Shown here: positions 18,237 through 26,994 of the stretch, in pieces
Numbering within the stretch: the stretch's first letter is position 1
Layout: the number at the start of each line of letters is the position of its first letter
Assembly (NCBI GenBank): GCA_009885895.1
Contig: VFJV01000073.1
Span: 1 to 43,606 of the forward strand
Direction of reading: 5' to 3'
Length of the DNA: 43,606 bases
Source: Gammaproteobacteria bacterium
Lineage (GTDB): Bacteria > Pseudomonadota > Gammaproteobacteria > UBA1113
Notes under the pieces: model-generated
Database searches by the model: none
What the model was told of the DNA's origin: nothing
The model's input: the letters and a program-made list of their open reading frames with translations, nothing else
Made by a program: the position numbers and the translations under genes

Positions 18237-19295
18237 ATGATATCTTTTCTAAAACGGCCTTACGCCAAATTCACCATTGCGGCCTTGCTGATCCTAGGCT
18301 TAATACTGTTCAATTATAGTAAAAGAAATAGCCATAATGCCCTGGAAGTACCGCCTATCTTGGTAAAAGTGGCAACGGTTAACCCCCAACAGGTGTCTAC
18401 TTTTTTTAGCACCATTGGCACAATAAAAGCCCTACAAGGCACAAGTGTCAGTGCTACGGTTGCGGGGAAGATAGCAAGCATTCAATTTAGCTCAGGCCAA
18501 AGCGTAGGTCAAGGCCAAATTTTATTCACTTTAGAAAATGAAGATTTGGCCTCGGTGGTACGACTCGATGAGTCCCAATATGTTTACGATCAAACCCAGT
18601 ATCAACGTTACGCCAAATTGGGTCCATTGGGAGCGGTATCTCAATCCAGTATAGACTTGCAAAAGTCCAGCATGCAAAAAAGCAAAGCACAACTCGACCA
18701 AGATACGGCCTTACTGAATAAAACGATTATCACCGCTCCTTTTAGCGGCACGCTAGGCGTCGTGCAAATTAGCATAGGCCAATACGTTACAGAGGGGCAA
18801 AGCATTGTCGCTCTACAAGACAATTCTACCCTCTTTGTCGATTTTTACATACCCGAGCGCATCCGTGACGTGGTTAAAGTCGGCGATAGTATTCGAGCGC
18901 AATCTAAGCAATCGCAGGTTTATCACTGGGAAGGAACCGTCGAAGCCACCGATCCTTCTATGGACAACGATGCGCGCAATATTTTAGTGCGCGCTAAAAT
19001 AAAACCACCCTATGATAATTTAGTTCCGGGTATGTATGTGGATGTGTCAACTCCCCTCTCATCGAACAAGGCCACTCTGGTTATTTCACAACAAGCGGTA
19101 CTCTATAACCCTTATGGAGACAGCGTTTTTGTGTATGACAAGGGCAAGGTAATGCAACGCCCTGTGGTCTTGGGTGAGCGGGTCAATACAGACATCGTTG
19201 TTTTGTCGGGGTTAAAAGCGGGCGAACAAATCGTTGTTTCAGGTCAACAAAAATTATTTAGCGGCATGTCAGTAGACATCGCCAAGGACAAATAA
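18237..19295 (+). CDS. Efflux RND transporter periplasmic adaptor subunit (HlyD/MFP family)
   Basis: 352 aa. It has an N-terminal membrane anchor, a lipoyl/hairpin/beta-barrel pattern (TAPFSGTLG, GQYV..GQ), and lies 2 nt upstream of the RND permease. Confidence 0.88.
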   Translation: MISFLKRPYAKFTIAALLILGLILFNYSKRNSHNALEVPPILVKVATVNPQQVSTFFSTIGTIKALQGTSVSATVAGKIASIQFSSGQSVGQGQILFTLENEDLASVVRLDESQYVYDQTQYQRYAKLGPLGAVSQSSIDLQKSSMQKSKAQLDQDTALLNKTIITAPFSGTLGVVQISIGQYVTEGQSIVALQDNSTLFVDFYIPERIRDVVKVGDSIRAQSKQSQVYHWEGTVEATDPSMDNDARNILVRAKIKPPYDNLVPGMYVDVSTPLSSNKATLVISQQAVLYNPYGDSVFVYDKGKVMQRPVVLGERVNTDIVVLSGLKAGEQIVVSGQQKLFSGMSVDIAKDK

Positions 19296-19297
19296 GC

Positions 19298-22200
19298 ATG
19301 AATTGGACCGATTTTTTTATCAAACGACCTGTTTTTTCTATTGCACTGACCCTACTCATTGTCTTTGCAGGCTTATTTTCTGCGGCACAATTGTCTTTGC
19401 AATTATTGCCTACCATTGAAATCCCACAAATTAATATTCAAACCGGTTATCCGGGTGCCAGCACTGAAAACATGCAGAATTTTGTCACCAATCCCTTAGA
19501 AAGCGCCCTATCTGGCATCAACGGCATTGATTACATGACATCCAGCAGCACGCAAAGCAGCAGCTCTATCACCATTATAATGCAAAATGGTTTGAGTACC
19601 GATGCGGCATTAACCGATATTGCCCAAAAAGTCAGCTCCGTGCGTGGCCACTTGCCTGAAGGGATCTACGATCCAATTATCAGCAAAATGAACGATAATG
19701 GTGACTTTGTGACCTTGCTTGCTTTTACGAGCCGCCTCATGCAGCCGGAGCAAATCTCTGATTATTTATTGCGTTTAGTCAAACCGCAACTGGATTATAT
19801 CGATGGTGTTTCCAATGCCCAAGTTTGGGGTAATTCCTTTACTCTGTTATTAAGCCTAGATCCCAATGCCTTGGCGGCACATAATCTAACGCCACAAGAT
19901 GTGAGCACGGCTTTAAGTAGCCAAAGCGTACAGGGGACTCCCGGTGTGCTTCAAGGTACGGCGCAAAGTTTAAACTTAAGCACCAATTCTGATATGACCA
20001 CCACCAAGGAATTTAATCATTTACTGCTTAAAAACAATAATGGCATCGCAACGTATTTATCCGATGTGGGCGAAGCTACTTTAGGTACCAACAGCAACGA
20101 TGTTGTAAAACCTTTTTACAATGGCGAGCCGGCTACTATGTTGGCCATAATGCCACAGCCTGGCGCAAATCCATTGTCCATCATCAAAAAAGTAAACACC
20201 GTATTGCCCGATATCGTACGTGCGTTTCCACAAGGCATGGCTATGCACACCGTGGTGGATACCACCGTCTATATCAAATCTTCTATTAAAGAGGTCATCA
20301 AAACACTCGTCGAAGCGATTATCATCGTATCTGTCGTGGTATTTTTATTTTTAGGCAGCCTGCGTGCGGTCTTTATTCCCATTGTCACCATCCCTGTTTC
20401 CCTTATAGGCATTTGCTTTATCCTGTATGCGCTAGGATTTTCCTTTAATACCTTAACCTTGTTGGCAATGGTATTGGCCATAGGCTTGGTGGTAGACGAT
20501 GCCATTGTCGTTATGGAAAATGCCTTTCGCCACATCGAAAACGGCGAAACGGCCTTGCAAGCAGCGTTAATAGGTGCGAGAGAAATTGCCTTTTCTATTA
20601 TAGCCATGACTTTAACCTTGGCCGCCATTTTTATGCCCATTGCGTTTGCAACCGGCATCACCGGACAATTATTTTCAGAATTCGCTTTGTGCTTGGCGGG
20701 CAGCGTTATCATTTCCGGAGTGGTTGCATTAACATTGTCGCCGATGATGTGCTCGCGTATTATTAATGTGAATTATGCCCATCAAGATTTTGTGAAAAAA
20801 ATTGAATTTGTATTTGAGCGCGTCAAAAATATTTACGGGAAATTATTAGCAAGCGTGCTACGGCATAAACCCTGGGTTATTGCCATTTGGCTCGCATCTT
20901 TAGTCTTGTGTGTTTATTTTTACACCTCCTCACAAAAAGAATTGGCTCCAACTGAAGACCAAGGTTGGGTGCAAGTCATGGCCACGGCGCCTAAATCCAT
21001 CCCGCCTGCCCTGTTAGAAAAAGAAAGTGACGCATTAAACGCTATCTATCGCCAATTTCCAGAAATAGCGGGTTATATTTATATCAACGGCATTCCAGAC
21101 TCTAATCAGCTCATCTCTCATGTACTCTTAAAGCCTTGGAGTGAACGTACGCTTTCGGCCATGCAATTTCAACCTAAACTACAAAATGCTTTAAATGACG
21201 TCGTAGGCTTAAAAATACACTCGTTCTTACCCGCTTCTTTACACACGCCGGGTAGTGGTCCGCCTATACAATTTATTTTAAAATCGATTGGTGATTACAA
21301 AAGCCTATATGAAGCGGCAAAAACCTTAGAGGAAGCCGCCAGAAAAAGCGCTTTGTTCCAATTTATCGATGATGATTTAAGCTATGACCAACCGGTTTTG
21401 CATATCAATATAGATCGCGATGCGGCGGCGGCGATGAACGTAAAAATGGATGCCATCGCCCAGAGTATTTCTTATCTGTATAGCTCAGGATATTCGCAAT
21501 ACTTTAATTTACAGGGGCAAACCTATCAAGTGGTAATACAAGCCTTAGCAGGAAAAATGATTAATCCCGATGTGCTAAACCAGATTCAGGTGCGATCGGA
21601 AACAGGAAAATTAATCCCCTTAGCAGGATTAATTACATTAGATACCCAAGTTGAACCTTCCTCTTTAAATCAATTTCAACGTATGAATGCGGTGACCTTA
21701 AGTGGCATGATGGCTCCGGGACATAGCACTTCGGATGGTTTGGCCTTTTTATCGCAGAAGACTAAGGAGCTTCTCCCTAATAATTTGGTCAGCGACTTAA
21801 GTGGTGCTTCTAGACAATACATGCAAGAAGGCAATCGTATGCTGTGGTTATTCCTCGCCTCCTTTATCGCCATTTTCATCGTGCTGGCTATGCAGTTTGA
21901 AAGCTTTAGAGATCCCTTTATTATTTTATTAGGCAGTGTGCCTATGGCCGTTATGGCCGCATTGCTGCCGGCTAAATTGGGTATTGTTACGATTAATATT
22001 TATACGCAAATTGGCTTATTAACCTTGGCCGGATTAATCAGTAAGCATGGCATTATGCTCGTTAAATTTGCCAATACACTACAAATGCAGGGTTATGATA
22101 AACCCAGCGCCATTATGCAAGCTGCACAAATTCGCTTAAGACCCATACTCATGACCACTTTAGCCATCGTGTTTGGCGGATTACCCTTAGTCTTGTCCAG

Positions 22201-22330
22201 CGGCGCAGGCAGCGTGGCGCGTTTTGATATAGGCATTGTGGTCGTCCTGGGAATGCTGGTCGGCACTTGCTTTACTTTATTTGTGGCGCCTGTGTTGTAT
22301 TTGTTGTTTGCTGCGAAGCACTCGTCGTAG
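19298..22330 (+). CDS. Efflux RND transporter permease subunit (AcrB/MdtB family)
   Basis: 1010 aa. It has a typical N-terminus (FFIKRPVFSIALTLLIVFAG), 12 predicted TM segments and the conserved VVDDAIVVMEN motif. Confidence 0.93.
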   Translation: MNWTDFFIKRPVFSIALTLLIVFAGLFSAAQLSLQLLPTIEIPQINIQTGYPGASTENMQNFVTNPLESALSGINGIDYMTSSSTQSSSSITIIMQNGLSTDAALTDIAQKVSSVRGHLPEGIYDPIISKMNDNGDFVTLLAFTSRLMQPEQISDYLLRLVKPQLDYIDGVSNAQVWGNSFTLLLSLDPNALAAHNLTPQDVSTALSSQSVQGTPGVLQGTAQSLNLSTNSDMTTTKEFNHLLLKNNNGIATYLSDVGEATLGTNSNDVVKPFYNGEPATMLAIMPQPGANPLSIIKKVNTVLPDIVRAFPQGMAMHTVVDTTVYIKSSIKEVIKTLVEAIIIVSVVVFLFLGSLRAVFIPIVTIPVSLIGICFILYALGFSFNTLTLLAMVLAIGLVVDDAIVVMENAFRHIENGETALQAALIGAREIAFSIIAMTLTLAAIFMPIAFATGITGQLFSEFALCLAGSVIISGVVALTLSPMMCSRIINVNYAHQDFVKKIEFVFERVKNIYGKLLASVLRHKPWVIAIWLASLVLCVYFYTSSQKELAPTEDQGWVQVMATAPKSIPPALLEKESDALNAIYRQFPEIAGYIYINGIPDSNQLISHVLLKPWSERTLSAMQFQPKLQNALNDVVGLKIHSFLPASLHTPGSGPPIQFILKSIGDYKSLYEAAKTLEEAARKSALFQFIDDDLSYDQPVLHINIDRDAAAAMNVKMDAIAQSISYLYSSGYSQYFNLQGQTYQVVIQALAGKMINPDVLNQIQVRSETGKLIPLAGLITLDTQVEPSSLNQFQRMNAVTLSGMMAPGHSTSDGLAFLSQKTKELLPNNLVSDLSGASRQYMQEGNRMLWLFLASFIAIFIVLAMQFESFRDPFIILLGSVPMAVMAALLPAKLGIVTINIYTQIGLLTLAGLISKHGIMLVKFANTLQMQGYDKPSAIMQAAQIRLRPILMTTLAIVFGGLPLVLSSGAGSVARFDIGIVVVLGMLVGTCFTLFVAPVLYLLFAAKHSS

Positions 22331-22398
22331 TTAGAACGAACCTTGGAATAAGGAATCCTAATCTCAAATTACCTCAATGTAAGCTTTCCTATAAAAGA

Positions 22399-23076
22399 CT
22401 AGGGGATATAATAGTAAGGATTGGGTAACTTGTAAGTTCTATCTGCATAGCCGCCGTTCAGATCACTCATTTGATCGCCGATATTAAGGACTATATGATA
22501 CCCTTGGTCGGTTATTTTTTTACGCGCGGCTGTTTTATAAGTGCTGACGGTAGGTTTGTAATTGACAGGTTTTAAAATGAGGCTCTCGTATTTATCGAAA
22601 CCGGCGGCGTGTAAATTATCGGCAGTATTTTTTCGAACTCCTGCTGTATCTTTACGACCCGTGATGAAAAAAACATATATCTGTGCTTTTCCCGCTTGCT
22701 GATATAGTGCTAATGTGACGGGGATTGCTGGCGATTTTCCTTCCTCAATTAAGTTTACAATTTCATTGGACGTACCACCAAAATTGAGTTTTTGCATATA
22801 AGCATAATTGGAAAGTACGGTTTCATCAATATCAAAAACAACGGCTAATTTTCCTTTAGACTTTTGTTTTTGTTGCTCGGCAATGACTTCAGCAAGATAG
22901 GCTTGTGCTTGATAGCCGACTTCATCTAGGTCTTGTTCATAAGCCCCAGAATCATGATACTTGCCTAAGATATCTTTGGTAATTTGTAAATTTTGCGGTT
23001 CAGTAGCATATAAAATACTACTACACAGACTTAACAAGATAAAGCTAAATAGCGCTAAATTTATCCGGCTTAACAT
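22399..23076 (-). CDS. HAD-superfamily class B (plant/VSP-type) acid phosphatase, secreted
   Basis: Motifs present are FDIDETVLSN, ITGR, GDQMSDL and KLPNPYYYIP. I place the start at the internal ATG 23076 (MLSRINLALFSFILLSLCSSILYA signal peptide), which has AGGAG 8 nt upstream. The ORF-track start at 23184 adds an implausible 36-aa extension. Confidence 0.8.
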   Translation of the reverse strand: MLSRINLALFSFILLSLCSSILYATEPQNLQITKDILGKYHDSGAYEQDLDEVGYQAQAYLAEVIAEQQKQKSKGKLAVVFDIDETVLSNYAYMQKLNFGGTSNEIVNLIEEGKSPAIPVTLALYQQAGKAQIYVFFITGRKDTAGVRKNTADNLHAAGFDKYESLILKPVNYKPTVSTYKTAARKKITDQGYHIVLNIGDQMSDLNGGYADRTYKLPNPYYYIP

Positions 23077-23141
23077 TGCAAAACTCCTAAGATTAAGTGC
23101 CCAAGAAAATAATACCCTAAACACAGGGCTTTTGCAAATGA

Positions 23142-23462
23142 TTAGCTCCAATCTGGCACTGAGCCATCTACACTCACATGCCAACGCTGGCCTTTTGTAC
23201 GATAAACATCTAAATCATGAACTATTTTTTGGTGATCTGGATGCTCCACCCAAGCCATGAGCATTTCATGATTTTCAAATGTAACTATAATATTGACGCA
23301 AGCGTTACAAAATAAATCTTCTGTGAGTATGGCTATGCTTATAAAACCCTGTTGCTGCCTAATTCGTTCTTTAACATACGGGTACCACGTATCATCAAAA
23401 TAGGCTTTCCCCGCTTCATTTAAATAATGTTTTACATACACGGAAATCATGGGCTTAAGCAC
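23142..23462 (-). CDS. Small ABM-like (antibiotic biosynthesis monooxygenase fold) protein, function unknown
   Basis: 106 aa. The size and pattern (VKHYL...F.NHEMLMAWVEHPDHQ) resemble the ferredoxin-like ABM domain. It overlaps the upstream SnoaL-like gene by 8 nt. Confidence 0.4.
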   Translation of the reverse strand: MLKPMISVYVKHYLNEAGKAYFDDTWYPYVKERIRQQQGFISIAILTEDLFCNACVNIIVTFENHEMLMAWVEHPDHQKIVHDLDVYRTKGQRWHVSVDGSVPDWS

Positions 23463-23865
23463 TTTCTCTTGAGTTTTTAATCAGTAACTGTGTTCCCAGC
23501 CAACCCCAATAAATTCTGTGCTTTACAATGACTTTATTTTCGATTTCCATTAACTCTAATATATCCAGTTGTTCCCCATCGGGAGTTTTCCGTGGATATT
23601 CCCAAATTAAGGTATTGCCCTTAGAAAAGTAAGTGCCTGTTCTATACCAGCGTACTAAATCATTAGGGCGACGGTTGGTGCCTTCAATCAAGAACCTATG
23701 AATTTCATCCTTACCCTGAAGAAGTCCCTCTTTCTTGTTTAATAAAACAGGCACTAACGGACTTTCAAAAATAGCATCCCCTGAATATAGCTCAATTAGA
23801 TCCGCCACATTTTTAGTTCGAGCATATTCATGCCAGAGATTGTAAATTGTTTCATGCTCAGTCAT
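23455..23865 (-). CDS. NTF2/SnoaL-like fold protein
   Basis: 136 aa. The pattern (LIELYSGDAIFESP ... VIVKHRIYWGW) is typical of the SnoaL/ketosteroid-isomerase-like family. It lies 4 nt downstream of the permease gene. Confidence 0.55.
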   Translation of the reverse strand: MTEHETIYNLWHEYARTKNVADLIELYSGDAIFESPLVPVLLNKKEGLLQGKDEIHRFLIEGTNRRPNDLVRWYRTGTYFSKGNTLIWEYPRKTPDGEQLDILELMEIENKVIVKHRIYWGWLGTQLLIKNSRESA

Positions 23866-23869
23866 TCAG

Positions 23870-25285
23870 TTATACCTCAAAATCACACTCATGCAGCTTG
23901 ACTATTTTTGTTTTATTATAAAATTTATAACCTAGCCAGAGCACGAGAAATGCAAACACACCGGTGTAAGACACTAAGATGCCTTCCCAATCGATGTGAT
24001 TTTTCATAAACGCGCTGTAATTTTGCCCAGCAATAATAATGACACATAAAGCAAAAGCAATAAGTGGCGCATAAGGATACCCTTTGGCGACATAAGGCAG
24101 ATCTTTTATATCATTTCCTTGCAGTACATAGGCTTTTCTAAATCGATAATGGCTCACTGCAATCCCCGACCAGGCAATGAATCCAGATAGACTGGATGCA
24201 TTTAATAGCCATAGATACACAATACCATTTCCAAAAGCAGAACATAAAAAAGCCAACATCCCCACTGCCGCCGTTGCTAATAAGGCCGGAATAGGGATCC
24301 CCCTTCGACTCACCTTAGAAAAAATTTTAGGGACGTGTTTTTGATGGGATAAATACCACAACATGCGCGTAGACGCATACATGCCGGAATTCCCTGCGGA
24401 TAAAATAGCGATTAAAATAACGCCATTCATCAAATTAGCCACAAAGGTAATGCCGCTGTTCTTAAAGACCAATGTGAATGGACTGGTTGCAATACCGCCA
24501 CCCATGAGTTCGCTGGACGTATACGGGATTAAAAAACTAATGACCAATATCGCTAGAATGTAAAAAAGGACTATACGCCAAAACACTTTTTTAATGGCCG
24601 AGGGAATTGTCTTTCTGGGATTTTCGCTTTCACCCGCGGCCACACCAATAAGTTCAGTGCCTTGAAATGAAAACCCTACTACCATAAACACGCCAAATAG
24701 CGCCCAAAACCCGCCATGAAAAGGCGCACCTTCCATTTGCCAATAGGCAAAACCTACACTTTTATGGCTAGTCCAACCAAAAATCATAGCGCTGCCTATG
24801 AGAATAAACGCAACCACTACCATAACTTTAATGAGCGATAACCAATATTCCGCTTCACCAAAGCCCTTTGCTGAAAAAATATTAAGCCCTACAAAAAGAC
24901 TTAAGAATATGCCGCTCCATAGAAAAGGAGGGGCATCGGGAAACCAGAATTTCATGACCACCGTAGCCGCTACAATTTCAGCTGCCACCGTAATAGCCCA
25001 GTTATACCAATAATTAAAACCCATGGCGAAGCCTAAAGCAGGATCTACAAAACGGGCGCAATAGGTATAAAAAGAACCTGAGGTAGGCATAAAAGCAGAC
25101 ATTTCACCCAAACTGGTCATTAAGAAGTAGACCATAATACCCATAATGGCATAGGCCATCACGGCACCTCCAGGACCTGCATCATGAATAGTGCTACCAC
25201 TGGCTAAAAATAGCCCTGTGCCAATGGAACCCCCTATGGCAATCATGCTGATTTGCCTGGAATTCAGTGTGCGCTGTAAACTCAT
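23870..25285 (-). CDS. lysP: APC-family amino acid permease, LysP-like
   Basis: 471 aa. The N-terminal region (RQISMIAIGGSIGTGLFLASGSTIHDAGPGGAVMAYAIMGIMVYFLMTSLGEMSAFMPTSGSF) is close to E. coli LysP as I recall it. It has 12 predicted TM segments. Confidence 0.8.
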   Translation of the reverse strand: MSLQRTLNSRQISMIAIGGSIGTGLFLASGSTIHDAGPGGAVMAYAIMGIMVYFLMTSLGEMSAFMPTSGSFYTYCARFVDPALGFAMGFNYWYNWAITVAAEIVAATVVMKFWFPDAPPFLWSGIFLSLFVGLNIFSAKGFGEAEYWLSLIKVMVVVAFILIGSAMIFGWTSHKSVGFAYWQMEGAPFHGGFWALFGVFMVVGFSFQGTELIGVAAGESENPRKTIPSAIKKVFWRIVLFYILAILVISFLIPYTSSELMGGGIATSPFTLVFKNSGITFVANLMNGVILIAILSAGNSGMYASTRMLWYLSHQKHVPKIFSKVSRRGIPIPALLATAAVGMLAFLCSAFGNGIVYLWLLNASSLSGFIAWSGIAVSHYRFRKAYVLQGNDIKDLPYVAKGYPYAPLIAFALCVIIIAGQNYSAFMKNHIDWEGILVSYTGVFAFLVLWLGYKFYNKTKIVKLHECDFEV

Positions 25286-25338
25286 GGTACTTTTTTTCCA
25301 ATCCTGACTATGGGGTATTCTATCCTCTCGGTTATTCT

Positions 25339-26118
25339 TTAGTCAATACGCTGGGTATCATGGCTGCTGCGCAATATCCGCTCGTCTAATTTTGCCTTCT
25401 CTTGCAAGATAAAGCGATAATTATCCTGCAAAGCTATCAGTTTATCTTCTGTTGCAAACAAGGTATTTTGTAAATAATCCACATGATCCGAAGCCATTCC
25501 TAGCCTAAGCTGGCATTCAATCAACGCATTCTTTTGGGTTTCTAAGGCTTGGCGTTGCCCATTAAAATCCTTAGACATCCGCGCGTAATTTTGGCTTATT
25601 CTAGCGCAGTCTAATTCCGACTTTCTGAGTTTTTTCTGTAATTCTTGAGTCTGCAATTCTAAGGGCGTATGCTTTGCGATTAATAAGGCCTGTTCCTTCT
25701 CCAAGGCTGCACAATGGGTTTTAAACTCTAGAGTCATTAACTCGGTCTGTTGTTGCATCTGCAATAACTTTTGTTCATAGTCCGCACGTTGCTGCTCTAT
25801 GATACGAGCATATTCCAAGTGTAATTGCTGAAGTGAGGATTGATGGTTCGGCTGATTATCCACGGCTACCTCCGTTCTGCTTTGTACTTTTAACCAGAGT
25901 TCTTTAAGTATGGTTAATAGCTCTGTAGGCAAATTGCCGTCATAGGGGGGCAGTAAACCTTGCTTTTGTTTCCATTCGCGTAATAAGCGGGCAATGGTAC
26001 TTTTGCTGCCCGTTTTTAAAACTCCGCGGATGTTGTCTACCGTGGGTGCTTTACCCCCTGCTTGCAATTTGAGTATGGCTGTTGATACATCTTGATAGGA
26101 GATCCCTATTCTGCCCAT
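25339..26118 (-). CDS. KfrA-N-like DNA-binding protein with a long coiled-coil
   Basis: The start is placed at ATG 26118 (MGRIGISYQDVSTAILKLQAGGKAPTVDNIRGVLKTGSKSTIARLLREWK), with AGGAG upstream. The remainder is Gln/Leu/Glu-rich coiled-coil. The ORF-track start (26301) adds 61 implausible residues. Confidence 0.65.
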   Translation of the reverse strand: MGRIGISYQDVSTAILKLQAGGKAPTVDNIRGVLKTGSKSTIARLLREWKQKQGLLPPYDGNLPTELLTILKELWLKVQSRTEVAVDNQPNHQSSLQQLHLEYARIIEQQRADYEQKLLQMQQQTELMTLEFKTHCAALEKEQALLIAKHTPLELQTQELQKKLRKSELDCARISQNYARMSKDFNGQRQALETQKNALIECQLRLGMASDHVDYLQNTLFATEDKLIALQDNYRFILQEKAKLDERILRSSHDTQRID

Positions 26119-26162
26119 TCTGTAACTCCTTTTTTTCTGTGTATGAGAGCATGAGCATACAG

Positions 26163-26178
26163 AATATAACGTTATATT
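26163..26178. promoter_or_regulatory. Perfect 16-bp palindrome upstream of the KfrA-like gene, a candidate operator
   Basis: AATATAACGTTATATT is its own reverse complement. It lies 45-60 nt upstream of the ATG at 26118. A second imperfect inverted repeat (TCTGTGTATG...CATACAGA) lies at 26137-26163. Confidence 0.35.
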
Positions 26179-26401
26179 ATGGTTTGCAATGATTTTTTCG
26201 TAATATTTAAGATCATTCCCGAAATAAAGTCCCGATCTCATATCCCAAGCAGGGCTACCTTTGAATGTTTTTTCCTGAAAGTTGAAGTGGATACGGTCCA
26301 AATTACTTGCATTTCACCTGTTTTGCGTATATAATACTCAAAATTTCATTCAGTGACCACCGGAATGATTATTATTTGCATATTAAAGTGGAGTATCCTC
26401 A

Positions 26402-26911
26402 GTGTCTATATTTAAAATAACGCTACCTCTTATCTTGCTGATTTCGCTTTCTAGCTGCGTAACCCCCTACAAACCAGCAGGCCTTCTTGGGAATGGCTAT
26501 ACGGATACGCGTATCGACTCCAATACCGCGATGGTTAACATTAAAGCTAATCAGGCTCTCGGCGAAATGAAGGTGCAAACCTATTTATATCGACGCTGTG
26601 CAGAAGTCACTATAAATTCAGGATTTGATTATTTTATTATAGTTTCTCATTCCGTGAATGAAGTAACCACACTACGGACCGATCCTGGGTCTTACGACAC
26701 GCAAAAGGTCCACGTGAAGGATGATGAGGGACACAAAACAACGGTTGAGCAAGAAGTTTATGTTCCTGGGGGAACATATGAATCATCCCACTTTAAGGGT
26801 AATGCCACCATCAAAATGTACTCTGGTACTAAGCCTGCGAATAATCCTAATGCGTATAATGCCGAGGATGTATTACTGAATACGCAGGTTACAGCTAAGG
26901 GTAAGCATTAA
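26402..26911 (+). CDS. Lipoprotein of unknown function
   Basis: 169 aa with a GTG start. The signal peptide carries a lipobox (LISLSS|C). GGAG lies 8 nt upstream. Confidence 0.7.
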   Translation: MSIFKITLPLILLISLSSCVTPYKPAGLLGNGYTDTRIDSNTAMVNIKANQALGEMKVQTYLYRRCAEVTINSGFDYFIIVSHSVNEVTTLRTDPGSYDTQKVHVKDDEGHKTTVEQEVYVPGGTYESSHFKGNATIKMYSGTKPANNPNAYNAEDVLLNTQVTAKGKH

Positions 26912-26921
26912 CCTAGAGTCC

Positions 26922-26973
26922 TAGCAGTTGATTCTTAGGCTTAAAGCGTAATAACCAACTGCTATGAGTATAC
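26922..26973. repeat. Short hairpin derivative of the palindromic repeat family, between convergent genes
   Basis: TAGCAGTTGATT (26922-26933) pairs with AACCAACTGCTA (26953-26964) and is followed by TGAGTATAC. These are the same arm and end motifs as the 133-bp element. It lies between the lipoprotein stop (26911) and the gltX stop (26995). Confidence 0.6.
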
Positions 26974-26994
26974 ATAGGATCGTGCGGCTAGAAT

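Noticed and set aside
20269-21879. Minus-strand ORFs 20269-20712 and 21676-21879 inside the RND permease gene
   Set aside because: They are antisense to a 1010-aa gene with clear family motifs. Their hydrophobic mirror composition is typical of shadows of membrane-protein genes.
23077-23184. 36-aa N-terminal extension of the acid phosphatase ORF (MACECRW...), and the overlapping + ORF 22961-23260
   Set aside because: The extension has no SD and odd composition, and it would bury the signal peptide. The internal ATG at 23076 has AGGAG upstream. The + ORF is antisense.
26119-26301. 61-aa N-terminal extension of the KfrA-like ORF
   Set aside because: The KfrA_N module begins at the internal Met, which has a strong SD. 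The extension covers AT-rich promoter or operator DNA that includes the palindromes.
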